From a virus (lineage: Duplodnaviria; Caudoviricetes): a stretch of DNA of 64,000 bases. The position numbers and the translations under genes are program-made. Each line of letters opens with the position of its first letter. Within the stretch, counting starts at the first letter, position 1. The notes below the pieces were generated by a model that was not told the origin of the DNA, did no database searches, and worked only from the letters and a program-made list of their open reading frames with translations. The stretch lies in IMG/VR virus record IMGVR_UViG_3300019874_000002, positions 54,720 to 118,719 of that record. The stretch is one strand, 5' to 3'. Positions 49,173 through 58,753 of the stretch are shown piece by piece.

Positions 49173-49627
49173 CTATACCAACTCGAGGTGTCCTGATCGT
49201 TGGAGGCTCCTCACAGCCAAACCCTCTTTCAAGAGAGCTTCCTGAAAACGCGTAACAGCCTTTGTATATTGAGTCACAGCACAGCTGCAGCGAGCCGTCT
49301 CTACTGAGACGTTTCTCAGCACATGCCCTGGCCCTCGCTTCTGGTGTGTGCAGATGTAGCGAGCATCTCCAGCGGATTGCATCTTCCCAACCTCATCTGC
49401 GGAGAGAGGCTTCTGCGTTACGAGGTAACCGCGCCCATAGCACTGGTTACATTTACTCTTTGCGTACAGCGTTGAATCTAGCAACAAACCTAAATCATCT
49501 CTAACTTCGATTGTACTCCCATCTACAAGCATTGTCGTATCAAGAGGCGAACCGACATTCAACCCAAGTTTCTTTCCAAGTGCGATTCGCTTTTCCAATT
49601 TCGATTCGTGATCAATCACAACGCTAA
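49173..49627 (-). CDS. Hypothetical zinc-finger protein
   Basis: CNQCYGRG...CSC; true start uncertain, just downstream of the upstream gene. Confidence 0.45.
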
Positions 49628-50016
49628 TCCTCCTTGTGCTTCGTACAACCGATATGTCCGCATGTCCAACACGTGTACAGATGTTCAATACTTCGTGTCA
49701 GCGGATCACTCAATGCTTCTAGTAACGCTACTTCATCACCACGAGTTTCTGCAGCACGCTTTTCAAGAAGAAACAAAGCTTCTCTCAACAAGACCAGCAC
49801 TCGAGCATTTACTTCGTGAGGTCTTTGCATGTCGACGTATTTTGATCTATCAATTAACGCTCTGATCACTTCCTGAGACGTCGTTCCTTCATAGGCTGGA
49901 GGCAAATTAAATGGGTATTGCTCACCGACCCTCTTTACAAACGTCAAGACGTTCGACGTTTCATCGCCGTCCAGCTGCTTCAATTGGTACCGATGTCCTG
50001 GGTCTAAGACTCTCAT
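49624..50016 (-). CDS. Tad1/Acb2-like putative immune-signal sponge
   Basis: PGHRY...LTF...GTTSQEVIRALIDR...P...NA....LREAL..LE.R parallels the Tad1 family pattern; by eye only. Confidence 0.45.
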   Translation of the reverse strand: MRVLDPGHRYQLKQLDGDETSNVLTFVKRVGEQYPFNLPPAYEGTTSQEVIRALIDRSKYVDMQRPHEVNARVLVLLREALFLLEKRAAETRGDEVALLEALSDPLTRSIEHLYTCWTCGHIGCTKHKED

Positions 50017-50146
50017 TTAACGCTTTCCACGATTGTACAGCATTATTCGTGTTCAATCTTTCGCTACAAGACGCTGCATGGACGCCGAAACGACTTGTAG
50101 ATTAGCCAGCGCAATCTCAACGCTAGAATCGAGGTTTCCGACGACG

Positions 50147-50196
50147 ATCCTAGAATTCTGCCTGAATCGCATTACCGATTGGCAGAATTCTAGGAT
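50147..50196. repeat. Perfect 16-bp inverted repeat with inner 5-bp stem
   Basis: ATCCTAGAATTCTGCC (50147-50162) / GGCAGAATTCTAGGAT (50181-50196); AATCG/CGATT inside the loop. Confidence 0.9.
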
Positions 50197-50280
50197 TGGT
50201 TTGCTTGGTCTGCACATTTGAAAAACCGACTTGGTTCGTTTGGTCCGGAAGTCGAATTCGTCGAACGCGCGCATAATGCG

Positions 50281-50499
50281 CGTCAGAATATCTTAACTAG
50301 TAAATAAGTAAATTAATAGCTCGGAGCTAAAGCTCCTCGCTACAAGAAACCTGACAGAAGCCTGACAAGTTATTAACATATGTTTCCGAGATCACAGCGA
50401 AATAGTGGTTTGTCAGGATCACACATTAGTAGTTCAATTCTGACACATTGATTTTCACCAAACTGCGCTCTCAAATCGCATATGTCAACATAGTGTCAG
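50281..50499. promoter_or_regulatory. AT-rich non-coding region with CTGACA repeats (candidate origin or packaging site)
   Basis: CTGACA at 50351, 50362, 50440; TGTCAG at 50411, 50494; AT tract at about 50288-50318. Confidence 0.45.
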
Positions 50500-51143
50500 T
50501 TATTCTCCGTTGCTTTCGCGATTACCGTCCCACCTCTATCCTCATACTTTTCCTTTCCAATGAAGACGCTACGACACAGCTCTACAACGTCTCTATCATT
50601 AGAATAGGCAAGCCAATGAACAGCGGAACAAATCCGGCTAATGACTGCACCGAACTGTTCTTTATAGTTCATCAACTTTTTAGGTTCATAGATCGCATCC
50701 ATCTCAATCTCGAATTTCATCGTGATATGAGCAAGCAATCCTACAACCTTCAAAAGAGCGATAAAACCATCACCACCTTCCGGCATGATAATCGCATTGG
50801 GATTAAATTCAGAAGCTATCGTCCAGAAGTCTAATTGTAAATTTGTACAAACTAGACAGAGATCGATCATGATGTGAGCCAGCGCATTATCAACGCGCGA
50901 AATGTCTCCGGTGTCCATCGCAGACAATAGCTCATAATTAGCCTCTTCAATAATCCCCAACACGATACAAGCCGTCGGATCATCGGATGACGCTCTAACC
51001 TGGCGCTGGATGACTTGTATTGCTTCAATCTGATTTGAAGGAACAAACATCCCTGAGGCTATAGCCCCCACCCATCGGTCAAATACTTCACTGGCGAGTA
51101 CAACTCTATCTTGGTCAGCTTGTGTCACTTCAATCTCAATCAT
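50496..51143 (-). CDS. MazG-like all-alpha protein (degenerate)
   Basis: LGIIEEANYELLSA...VDNALAHIMIDL..VC..L.LD; GGAGG RBS. Confidence 0.4.
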   Translation of the reverse strand: MIEIEVTQADQDRVVLASEVFDRWVGAIASGMFVPSNQIEAIQVIQRQVRASSDDPTACIVLGIIEEANYELLSAMDTGDISRVDNALAHIMIDLCLVCTNLQLDFWTIASEFNPNAIIMPEGGDGFIALLKVVGLLAHITMKFEIEMDAIYEPKKLMNYKEQFGAVISRICSAVHWLAYSNDRDVVELCRSVFIGKEKYEDRGGTVIAKATENN

Positions 51144-51176
51144 TTGAAAACCTCCTTCATCCGTACGATCGTTTAT

Positions 51177-51872
51177 TCACCAACCAGCGCGAGCGAGACC
51201 GCCAGGATAGATTACCGCACTAATGTCGGTCTTTCCGATTGGGCTCGTCGCTGGATAATGAGCGAGATAGCTCTCCCCATCTCCATCATATTGCCACATC
51301 ACGACATCCTGTAGATCCCATCCAATGCGCTCATAGACCTGATGCGGCAACGTCGACGCATATCGAGCAATCCACAAATTGACACAACCCATATGATCGG
51401 TGATGCCTTTATCATAAAGCAACGATCCACCATACAACGTCGGACGAACACCCAGTGCACTATGGATTCCATCCGCGATTGGGGTAACACAGTCGATGAT
51501 TTGATTAGCTGAGCAGTCTGGATTGTCTGCTCTCTCCACATCTAGGATTGGCCTAAAATCTCCCCTTTGGTCAAAACCTCCAGCAGCCTCTACTGTCGTC
51601 AAATAGAAAATGAGCTGCTTCTTCCAATCCTCCATAAAGTGAACATAGTGATAGGCTCCGCGGCGCCAGGTCTTGCCGAAGCGATCGCCAGCTACCGACC
51701 GTGCCTTATCCCAATAACGCGGAAACCACGAACCAGACCCCCAATTCACGCCTTCTGTAGCCTTCAGGATAATCCCTGACCATGGCATGCCGGCCGCGGC
51801 GAGCTTTGGCAAATCGAGAACGCCACCTAGATCACGTGAGTACACATCCACGATCAATGGGTCGATCACCAC
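51177..51872 (-). CDS. Endolysin, GH25 muramidase
   Basis: IVDVY, ILKATEG, RGAYHY, PILDVE, LWIARY, MWQY. Confidence 0.92.
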   Translation of the reverse strand: MVIDPLIVDVYSRDLGGVLDLPKLAAAGMPWSGIILKATEGVNWGSGSWFPRYWDKARSVAGDRFGKTWRRGAYHYVHFMEDWKKQLIFYLTTVEAAGGFDQRGDFRPILDVERADNPDCSANQIIDCVTPIADGIHSALGVRPTLYGGSLLYDKGITDHMGCVNLWIARYASTLPHQVYERIGWDLQDVVMWQYDGDGESYLAHYPATSPIGKTDISAVIYPGGLARAGW

Positions 51873-51874
51873 GA

Positions 51875-52288
51875 CTAGGCTCCTTGTGTTGGAACTGGAG
51901 GAATTTGCAGTTGCCGCTGCTTCCGGACGTATCCAGCTCCCTCCAGAAGAGAATCTGACAACACGTATTCATCGCCATTATCCAAAATGAGTTGCGCCTT
52001 GTCCCCACCATTGACCAGGCATCTCACATTTGGTTTCGCTATCGCCATGAGCTGACTTGTTGCGAATGAAGCAGTATGAATTTTAGCTGCTTTACTCCCC
52101 CAATCTGTTGCGCCTTGAGCACCGAGGAGTGTCGCGAAACCTCCAACGATTACCCAAAACGTTGTTGGGTCTACATTAAATCCATAATGCGCAGCAACTG
52201 CTGTGATGAGTCCTAGGAGCATCGTCCACGCCTTCATCGATCCGGCGAGTCGCTTCAGAGCATCAATAACCATTTGTTTCGTCGTCAT
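51875..52288 (-). CDS. Holin
   Basis: Two hydrophobic segments, S.K.W motif, immediately upstream of endolysin; start MTTKQ. Confidence 0.65.
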   Translation of the reverse strand: MTTKQMVIDALKRLAGSMKAWTMLLGLITAVAAHYGFNVDPTTFWVIVGGFATLLGAQGATDWGSKAAKIHTASFATSQLMAIAKPNVRCLVNGGDKAQLILDNGDEYVLSDSLLEGAGYVRKQRQLQIPPVPTQGA

Positions 52289-52509
52289 TTGCTTTCTTCC
52301 CTTCCATGTTTCAAACCACGTTCGTACCAAAGAACATCTAAATCATTTAATGTTCCGCTACATTTTATACACCGCTTCTTTCTAAACGCACGCAATGCTG
52401 AGACGTCTTCTGTATAAGGTACGAAAATATGCGGACCTTTGCATTGATGAAGCTTGGCATTATTTTCCTTAACCCTGTTGAAGATCTTGAGCGCTTCGTC
52501 TTTTGTCAT
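52285..52509 (-). CDS. Small zinc-ribbon protein
   Basis: C..PH.F...CIKC...WY..GL.H. Confidence 0.6.
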   Translation of the reverse strand: MTKDEALKIFNRVKENNAKLHQCKGPHIFVPYTEDVSALRAFRKKRCIKCSGTLNDLDVLWYERGLKHGREESK

Positions 52510-52517
52510 TTAGATCC

Positions 52518-53243
52518 TCAATTGCAAAACTGGATACTACCGTAAGGTGCGAAAATAGAGCTAAACCTGTTTCCGTTGTTACCAAAGTAAACCACGGCAG
52601 CATCGAACGTCGCGCCGGCAGTTGCTGGCCTTCCGGTCAAATCGTAGAAGCACATTCGCGATGGATACTCGGAACCACCATTCCAAAAGCACACAGCATC
52701 CGCAAATGGCCAAACGTAGCGCTCCCAATACCCTGTTCCTGTTCTCGCTGGAATCAACGCAATGAGACTACCTCGCGTCCTTGACCATCGCCCATATTCA
52801 GAAGCCATCTTCGCTGCCCATAGTGCTAGCTTTCGCCCATAGGGTGGATTAACGAAGCAAGCACAATCTTGAGGTACCCACCACGAATTGCTTAGACCGC
52901 AAATATGATTGGGTGGACCATAAAACGAGCACCATGCATTTACAAAACTTTTTGGATTCGCGCATGGGTCCAAAGCAATTGGACCAAACCGACGCACGAT
53001 ATCTAAAAACCAAGGTGGTGTTAGCCAATCCTGCTTTGCGCTAGACAGCGTTACTTTCGTAACGTGAGTGCTCAATTGGGATATAAACTTCGCGCGCTCT
53101 GCAAATAAAATCGCTTGGTCAACCCTACTCCGCTCTTGGTGCACGTTCTCAAATAACTGCTGAGCGCTTTGTAATAGCAAAGCGTTGTACACCCAATCCT
53201 TCACCAACCCTTGAGCAGTTTTCCTCTTAAGAATCAAAATCAT
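52518..53243 (-). CDS. Phage DNA N6-adenine methyltransferase (Dam-like)
   Basis: DWLTP, LDPCA, NPPY, LIPART...YW. Confidence 0.9.
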   Translation of the reverse strand: MILILKRKTAQGLVKDWVYNALLLQSAQQLFENVHQERSRVDQAILFAERAKFISQLSTHVTKVTLSSAKQDWLTPPWFLDIVRRFGPIALDPCANPKSFVNAWCSFYGPPNHICGLSNSWWVPQDCACFVNPPYGRKLALWAAKMASEYGRWSRTRGSLIALIPARTGTGYWERYVWPFADAVCFWNGGSEYPSRMCFYDLTGRPATAGATFDAAVVYFGNNGNRFSSIFAPYGSIQFCN

Positions 53244-53896
53244 CTCCTACGCGATGACGCGCCAGCTCGCGACCTTTCGAGGGATTCTTGCGTTACTTGG
53301 TGTCCAGTGCGTGCGCCACCGAACCATTGTCCTTCGTTTGGAGCGCTATCGATTTTGAATTCAGCAGACACCTCATTCTCCCTATGGTAGGTGTCTCGCG
53401 TCACGAGGTCTTTCATTGACACGCCGCGCGTTCGTGGGTCATACGGATTTGCTCGCTCACGATCGAATCGCACAGATGGCATTTGCGGACGCCACTCTTG
53501 GCTCCTATCACGAGGATCCTTGTATGAGAAACCAGCACATATTTTGCAGATGCGAAGAGGATTGCTTGCGTTGTAAGCATTACCCACCACCGTTTGCATC
53601 TCTGCCGGCGGTCTCATTTCACCACATGTTTTGCAACGCTCCGATGCAGTCTGCGTATGATCGTGATGTGCGGCAATTGTCGCTTGGGATAAACCACGGA
53701 TGATCTTCCCTCCAGTATCCACAATCACACCACGTATTGCTTGGTTATTACGACCACGACCTTCAAACACCAATTCGGACGGTGACGTCTCCGTTGGTGA
53801 GGTGATGATCTTCGCTTTGATTTGTGTCGCTGGCGAACCGACTGGCTTTGAAGATGGAGCCTGTGGTTGAGGGATGACACCTTTTCTGAAACTCAT
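53240..53896 (-). CDS. Hypothetical zinc-finger protein
   Basis: CKTC...CKIC; ATGA overlaps. Confidence 0.55.
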   Translation of the reverse strand: MSFRKGVIPQPQAPSSKPVGSPATQIKAKIITSPTETSPSELVFEGRGRNNQAIRGVIVDTGGKIIRGLSQATIAAHHDHTQTASERCKTCGEMRPPAEMQTVVGNAYNASNPLRICKICAGFSYKDPRDRSQEWRPQMPSVRFDRERANPYDPRTRGVSMKDLVTRDTYHRENEVSAEFKIDSAPNEGQWFGGARTGHQVTQESLERSRAGASSRRR

Positions 53897-54234
53897 GATG
53901 GCCTCTTTGCTGCTGCGCTAATTGCTTTTAAGGTTCCTCGCCATGATGCTGGTCTGGTGAGCCACACTCCATACACTGTTCGCAACCCACCAAATGTTCC
54001 CTTGTAATGCAAGAAGAGAAACGGTTGCGGATTCGTTACAATCACAGTAACGTTTCCATCGATAATTTCTTGATGCAGTCTGTCAGACGTCACTTTATCC
54101 ATTTCTTCGTAACTGAAGCCTGGCGGTAAACTCCACAGCTCTGGCGACCTTGGATAATGCGACACCATTGCGAGAGCCATCATCGCGAACGCTCTGCGCA
54201 AACACATAAGCATCGTTACGTCTTCTGGTGACAT
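53893..54234 (-). CDS. Hypothetical protein
   Basis: 113 aa, packed in operon. Confidence 0.5.
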   Translation of the reverse strand: MSPEDVTMLMCLRRAFAMMALAMVSHYPRSPELWSLPPGFSYEEMDKVTSDRLHQEIIDGNVTVIVTNPQPFLFLHYKGTFGGLRTVYGVWLTRPASWRGTLKAISAAAKRPS

Positions 54235-54879
54235 TTAATCCTCTGTAGCCATCTTGTAAGCATCGTCCGCAGCCAACAGCGCTTCGTGTTTTTGTTCACG
54301 CTTTGGCTGTTCGTTTAAGGCTTGCTGCGCCCTGATCTTCTCCGCTGCAGCGAGGATCACCTCTGGAGGTACGTCATCCAATGCGGATAGTTCTTTCAAA
54401 ACCTCGCCTTTGATTGCAGCCATCTCAGCACGTTTTTTTGATATCAAATCTGTAGCTGCAGCGATTGCCTGTTCGTGAAGCTTGATCTTGGATTGCTCCA
54501 AATCAATCTCACGTTTCAAATACAAAAGCCTATCCGTCGCAGTCTTCGGCTCTGGGAGATTAACAGCTCCGTTCACAGCAGCTGTTTTAGTCCGCTGGTC
54601 TATCGTTGGGCGCCGTCCGTTCAGGTACTCTGTCAAATCAAATTCCAGAACATCGCCCTTGAACTGTTTACACTGACGCTCGACAGCTCCCTTTTCCCCA
54701 ACCCACACCCCTTGGTAATGGATGGTATATTCTTGACCATTCAATAGTCTGATAACTGGCCAGTTGTTTCCATTGATATGATTTACACCTTCGTACACAC
54801 CTTCACCAAACAACAGAATCAAATTCTGCTCTGGCCTACCCCAAATAAATACTTGGGTTCCTATTGGCATCTCAATCAC
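54235..54879 (-). CDS. Hypothetical protein with C-terminal coiled coil
   Basis: 214 aa, packed in operon. Confidence 0.55.
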   Translation of the reverse strand: MIEMPIGTQVFIWGRPEQNLILLFGEGVYEGVNHINGNNWPVIRLLNGQEYTIHYQGVWVGEKGAVERQCKQFKGDVLEFDLTEYLNGRRPTIDQRTKTAAVNGAVNLPEPKTATDRLLYLKREIDLEQSKIKLHEQAIAAATDLISKKRAEMAAIKGEVLKELSALDDVPPEVILAAAEKIRAQQALNEQPKREQKHEALLAADDAYKMATED

Positions 54880-55073
54880 AGTTCACCTACTTTCCACACC
54901 ATCCGCCAAAACTCTGGCGTTTGAGGGTCAACAGTGGTCTGAACCTCCTCCGTCACAAATACCAATTGTTTCTTTTGGGTACTTCCACACGTTGGGCAAG
55001 GATCAGTCGTGCAGCCAAATCCTCGCCAACCACATACACAATCAATCGGCTGGCGTTTAACATCCATTCGCAT
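54876..55073 (-). CDS. Small zinc-ribbon protein
   Basis: CVCGWRG...CPTCGS. Confidence 0.55.
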   Translation of the reverse strand: MRMDVKRQPIDCVCGWRGFGCTTDPCPTCGSTQKKQLVFVTEEVQTTVDPQTPEFWRMVWKVGEL

Positions 55074-55433
55074 TCAAACCTCATAACCAAGAACACAAGA
55101 CCTTTTAGGCGCAACCTCTACAACAGAACTATGAAGATTGGTCTTCTCTGGAGATCCCCATTTAATAATGGAGCGCCCACTCTCCTTCTCCCATTGACTT
55201 GCGGACAGTATCTCAAAAGTCAATCCGCTGATGTTGTCTACAATCTCGTCATTTGAGATACCCTTGTTTCGCATCTCTGAAATTAATACAGAGGTTGGGT
55301 CCTCTCCTCTTGTGTGGAGAACCCAATACGAAAGAACGTCTCTCTGCTGATTTCCCCTAACCCAGAAACGAGAAACTACGTACTGGTTTAGAGGACTTTG
55401 AAAACGTTCGGTTCCTGCTTTAACTCCAAACAT
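55074..55433 (-). CDS. Hypothetical protein
   Basis: Start MFGVK coupled (TAATG) to a 50-aa ORF at 55433..55585. Confidence 0.45.
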   Translation of the reverse strand: MFGVKAGTERFQSPLNQYVVSRFWVRGNQQRDVLSYWVLHTRGEDPTSVLISEMRNKGISNDEIVDNISGLTFEILSASQWEKESGRSIIKWGSPEKTNLHSSVVEVAPKRSCVLGYEV

Positions 55434-55584
55434 TACAACCACCGACCCTTCCTCTTGAGCGCTATGCACTTTATACCAGCTTGCGAAGCCCTGATCTTTG
55501 CCTCCTCGCTATTACGCCGCACCCTCTTCACCAAATCACGAATCTGCCCCTCTGTCATCGGTTGAGGGGCTAATACGTCAATCA

Positions 55585-55815
55585 TTATAACGTCCTCCCT
55601 TTAATACGATCACACGTACGAGCATTATGTCCTTCTTGTTTACACAATCGACATCGGTAGCGTTTAGCGTCAATTGGACGATTCTCACGCCAAGAGGACA
55701 GACGTTGCTCACGGTGTTTGAATTTGCACCGTGGGCAAAGTCTGCCCTCTCTAACACGACGTGGGCACCAAAGACACTTCTTCGATTGCAAGATCTTTGG
55801 CGCCGCTACCTTCAC
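55585..55815 (-). CDS. Zinc-finger plus CCHC zinc-knuckle protein
   Basis: CLWC...CPRC and CRLCKQEGHNARTC. Confidence 0.65.
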   Translation of the reverse strand: MKVAAPKILQSKKCLWCPRRVREGRLCPRCKFKHREQRLSSWRENRPIDAKRYRCRLCKQEGHNARTCDRIKGRTL

Positions 55816-56234
55816 GTACTAAACTCGCTCAACCCCGGTGGGGTGGTAGAGATTAGGACTTGCTCTGTTGCATTGGTCAAAAGCCCCAAAGTGACTTTGC
55901 GACGCGCAACAGTAATCCACCGATCACGGCTAACTTGAGGAAGGCTAGACCACTCAACACCGGACATCGGCGTCTCAAAGGTTTCCATGTACGCCTGGTA
56001 CAAATCAATTGCCAGGTCAATCATCACGACATTAATGTTGTTCGTTTGTACAACCTGGTCAGCATTCAATGTTCTAACACCGATTTCCATTCCCTCAAAG
56101 CTACGTTCCGCAACAACGTTCAGTTCCTTTTTATCAACGTCAAAAGACGCGTACCATGCAATCTCTTTGGTCGCTTTGTCTTCTATAACGATTCGTACAG
56201 TTTGCTTTGAATTCATCTGCTCCTGCTTTTGCAT
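55812..56234 (-). CDS. Hypothetical protein
   Basis: C-terminal LY.AY...W..LP...RDRW pattern; start uncertain. Confidence 0.45.
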   Translation of the reverse strand: MQKQEQMNSKQTVRIVIEDKATKEIAWYASFDVDKKELNVVAERSFEGMEIGVRTLNADQVVQTNNINVVMIDLAIDLYQAYMETFETPMSGVEWSSLPQVSRDRWITVARRKVTLGLLTNATEQVLISTTPPGLSEFST

Positions 56235-56238
56235 AATT

Positions 56239-56442
56239 TCAATGATTGGTGCAGGTGGCAAACCATGACGGTACAGGGATGGTCGTGCATCCGCATGCCG
56301 TATTGTTATCTGTGTCCCCAGTCGAGACGCACGCCGTCGCTAACCGAAGATGGGAATCCGCTAGCCCACCTACAGCGCGACGAAGACTAACACTGCTCAG
56401 ACTGCGAACGGTTTCACGCTTGATCTGTAGTTTCTTTTGCAT
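56239..56442 (-). CDS. Lanthipeptide-type RiPP precursor 2
   Basis: Internal ATG 56442 of the 188-aa track ORF: MQKKLQIKRETVRSL...AVGG, core with 4 Cys; 67 aa. Confidence 0.75.
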   Translation of the reverse strand: MQKKLQIKRETVRSLSSVSLRRAVGGLADSHLRLATACVSTGDTDNNTACGCTTIPVPSWFATCTNH

Positions 56443-56450
56443 GGGCGTTC

Positions 56451-56654
56451 TCAAAACGTAATCGTTTGGCCTGGACAGTCCCAGCTTGGGCATTGGTTTG
56501 AGCAGACGTCGCACGACATCTGACCGCTCGGCGTATCGCCACAGCAGAACGAGTCCATTGTCTTCACCTTGATTCGATCGCCACCGCCGTAAATACTGCG
56601 CATGGTGTGGAGCAATCGGATAGTCTCTCGCTGCAATGTCAGCTTCTTTTTCAC
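56451..56654 (-). CDS. Lanthipeptide-type RiPP precursor 3
   Basis: MKKKLTLQRETIRLL...IYGG, core with 6 Cys; GTGA overlap with upstream gene. Confidence 0.78.
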   Translation of the reverse strand: MKKKLTLQRETIRLLHTMRSIYGGGDRIKVKTMDSFCCGDTPSGQMSCDVCSNQCPSWDCPGQTITF

Positions 56655-56900
56655 TTTCCATTCTCCTTGGTAGCAGCTGCCTTTTTGGATTTGCTACGCT
56701 TCCTATTCTTCGGCGTCGCTTTCGATTTGGCCTTCGGAAATTTTTGCACGTAAGCTCGCACCAACTTATCGGTGAGCGGTAGGGTTTGGTCTTCAACGCC
56801 CACACCGCCTTGTCCTAGCGCTACGTTGAGCGCATGGATCGCCATGTCCTTTGCGAGCATTGAAGCCTTGTGCACAAATCCACCTACCACTTGTCGCATC
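56651..56900 (-). CDS. Hypothetical protein with basic tail
   Basis: C-terminal part of the 116-aa track ORF; true start uncertain. Confidence 0.4.
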
Positions 56901-57045
56901 TCTTCCTGAATCGTCACCTTTGCATCTCCTTCTGAGGACGAAGTGTCCCATACCCAAACGGTCCAGTATCCTACAAGAAAAGGCAAGGTCCACCAACACA
57001 TTTGTTGTTGACGGCTGCAAGCTCGTGATGTATCAACGGAATCCT

Positions 57046-57420
57046 ATGGGCACTGCTTCTATTTGGAAACGACGACAAGCCGAGCGACCACGCCAGAATT
57101 TAGACCCAATTGCTCAACTAAAATCAGACGGATGTCTCCCGGTAGTGAGCGCTGAAATCCATGTGGCACCGACGCCCAAAAATCCAACATTAATATCTAT
57201 GAAATCGTCGTATCATCCACCAATTGCACTTTGCAAATTACCGATACCTATTTTATTGACAGCAGTCCTCACATTCCAAAGAGATTTTGATATTTTATCG
57301 CCACCGCTAACCGGAATAATAACAGTCACTTGGTATAAACAAAGCATCCGATGTTTACATTGTTGGGAGATCGTAAAACTCGATCCAAAATGGAGTGGGA
57401 GATTTCTCTTTGAGGATTAA
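57046..57420 (+). CDS. WKRR-tagged H-C-CxxC protein
   Basis: Internal ATG of track ORF 56851: MGTASIWKRR...IHV...ALCK...RCLHC. Confidence 0.6.
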   Translation: MGTASIWKRRQAERPRQNLDPIAQLKSDGCLPVVSAEIHVAPTPKNPTLISMKSSYHPPIALCKLPIPILLTAVLTFQRDFDILSPPLTGIITVTWYKQSIRCLHCWEIVKLDPKWSGRFLFED

Positions 57421-57480
57421 ACAAAACAAAACGCTCGATGATTTCGACATCGAGCGTGGACATATTGAAACTTGGATTTA

Positions 57481-57717
57481 TCAGATCAGAGGCGTAACAA
57501 CAGCGATTGTCGCAGCAATCGACGAGCTAAGCGCGGCTAGCGCAACTTGCACTGTTTCCAACGTCAGCGTCTCTGCGAGCGTCAGTGTACCTCCAGCAAT
57601 GAGCGCAGCGATCTGCGTAGCCAGAGCTGAGATTTGCGCAGCAATTGGCGTCACTGTTTGGAGAACCGCTTGCAACACCGTAGAGACGTCAACCGATACC
57701 GATACTTTACTCGACAT
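57481..57717 (-). CDS. Small hydrophobic Ala/Thr/Val-rich protein
   Basis: 78 aa, GAGGA RBS, downstream of the CCC-motif gene. Confidence 0.55.
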   Translation of the reverse strand: MSSKVSVSVDVSTVLQAVLQTVTPIAAQISALATQIAALIAGGTLTLAETLTLETVQVALAALSSSIAATIAVVTPLI

Positions 57718-57757
57718 ACTATTTCTTCCTCATTTACGCTTTGGGTGCAGCAATTGG

Positions 57758-58705
57758 TTAGCCAGCGCCAACAGGAATGGTCACCGGAATCAGCCGCTGC
57801 GTCGCAACAAGCTGAGCACGAAGTTGCTCGATCGTGTTGTTGTTGATCAGACCACGCGTAGCATTTCCATCCGCCGTGATCAGAGCCTTCAGTTCACAGC
57901 AGCACTCCGCCGCTTGCGCCGCTGCAGTCGCAGCAATCTGCTGAGCGCGCAGCTCTGCCGCTGCAGCATTCTTGGCAATCTCCACATTGAGAGCGTAGAA
58001 GTTTTTCGTCGCTTCGACGCTCAGCGCATTTGCATTCGTGGTCGCCTGCAGCCCCAGCGCCGCCGAGTTTTTGGCCGCATCAAGCGAAGCGCGACCCTCG
58101 ATCTGATAGCTGATCGCCTGAGCATCCTTGAAACCGACGACAGTAGCTGTCGCGGTGTCAGAGAGCTGCTTCTGCAGAGCGCAAAGCTCCGACGTCGTGC
58201 GCTCCGACGCATGGCTCACAGCGCCGCGCGTCTTGTCGAAGCCATCACACAGCCGATCGTGAACCTGGCCAAAACCAGATTGCACAATGCCGTCGGTGCG
58301 GCAAGACGTGCTCTGAACCAGCTGGTCAGTGTGACAAGCTGCAACAGCTGCAGCCGCTGCAGCCGAATTGGTGACGCCTGCCAGATCGAAACGCGTGTCT
58401 TTGACGTCGCGCATTGTCGTCTGAGCATCGACCGCAGCGCCGCGACCGAATGCGGCTTGCTCGCGCGCAATCAGCTCATCGAGATGATTGCGATGCTCGA
58501 AACCCCAGCCGTGATGGCCGTGATTACGATGTCCATCTTCGGTAGAAACAACAACTGCTCGCGGATCTTGGTTGATAACGGTGCTGTCCATATTGAGTGT
58601 CTCCTGATTGCAAAATTGTTCGAGACCCTCCTGGCCAGCATCGTCCAAGACGATTTCAAGATTGATTTCGTCTTCTGCGATGATGCTTGGTTTTCTTGGC
58701 GCCAT
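57758..58705 (-). CDS. Ala-rich coiled-coil protein with ECCCE motif
   Basis: AAQAAECCCELKALI...ATRGLI; GC-rich coding; start may be 58705 or 58591 (GGAG RBS before MDSTV). Confidence 0.65.
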   Translation of the reverse strand: MAPRKPSIIAEDEINLEIVLDDAGQEGLEQFCNQETLNMDSTVINQDPRAVVVSTEDGHRNHGHHGWGFEHRNHLDELIAREQAAFGRGAAVDAQTTMRDVKDTRFDLAGVTNSAAAAAAVAACHTDQLVQSTSCRTDGIVQSGFGQVHDRLCDGFDKTRGAVSHASERTTSELCALQKQLSDTATATVVGFKDAQAISYQIEGRASLDAAKNSAALGLQATTNANALSVEATKNFYALNVEIAKNAAAAELRAQQIAATAAAQAAECCCELKALITADGNATRGLINNNTIEQLRAQLVATQRLIPVTIPVGAG

Positions 58706-58753
58706 AGAGTGCTCACCATTTGTATAAAGCAATCGCGTATCAATACACCTACC

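Noticed and set aside
50053-50274. 73-aa minus-strand ORF
   Set aside because: No clear RBS or motif and it spans a perfect long inverted repeat; treated as probably non-coding, though not excluded.
56443-56805. N-terminal 121 aa of the 188-aa track ORF
   Set aside because: Overlaps two better-supported same-strand genes in other frames; the credible gene starts at 56442.
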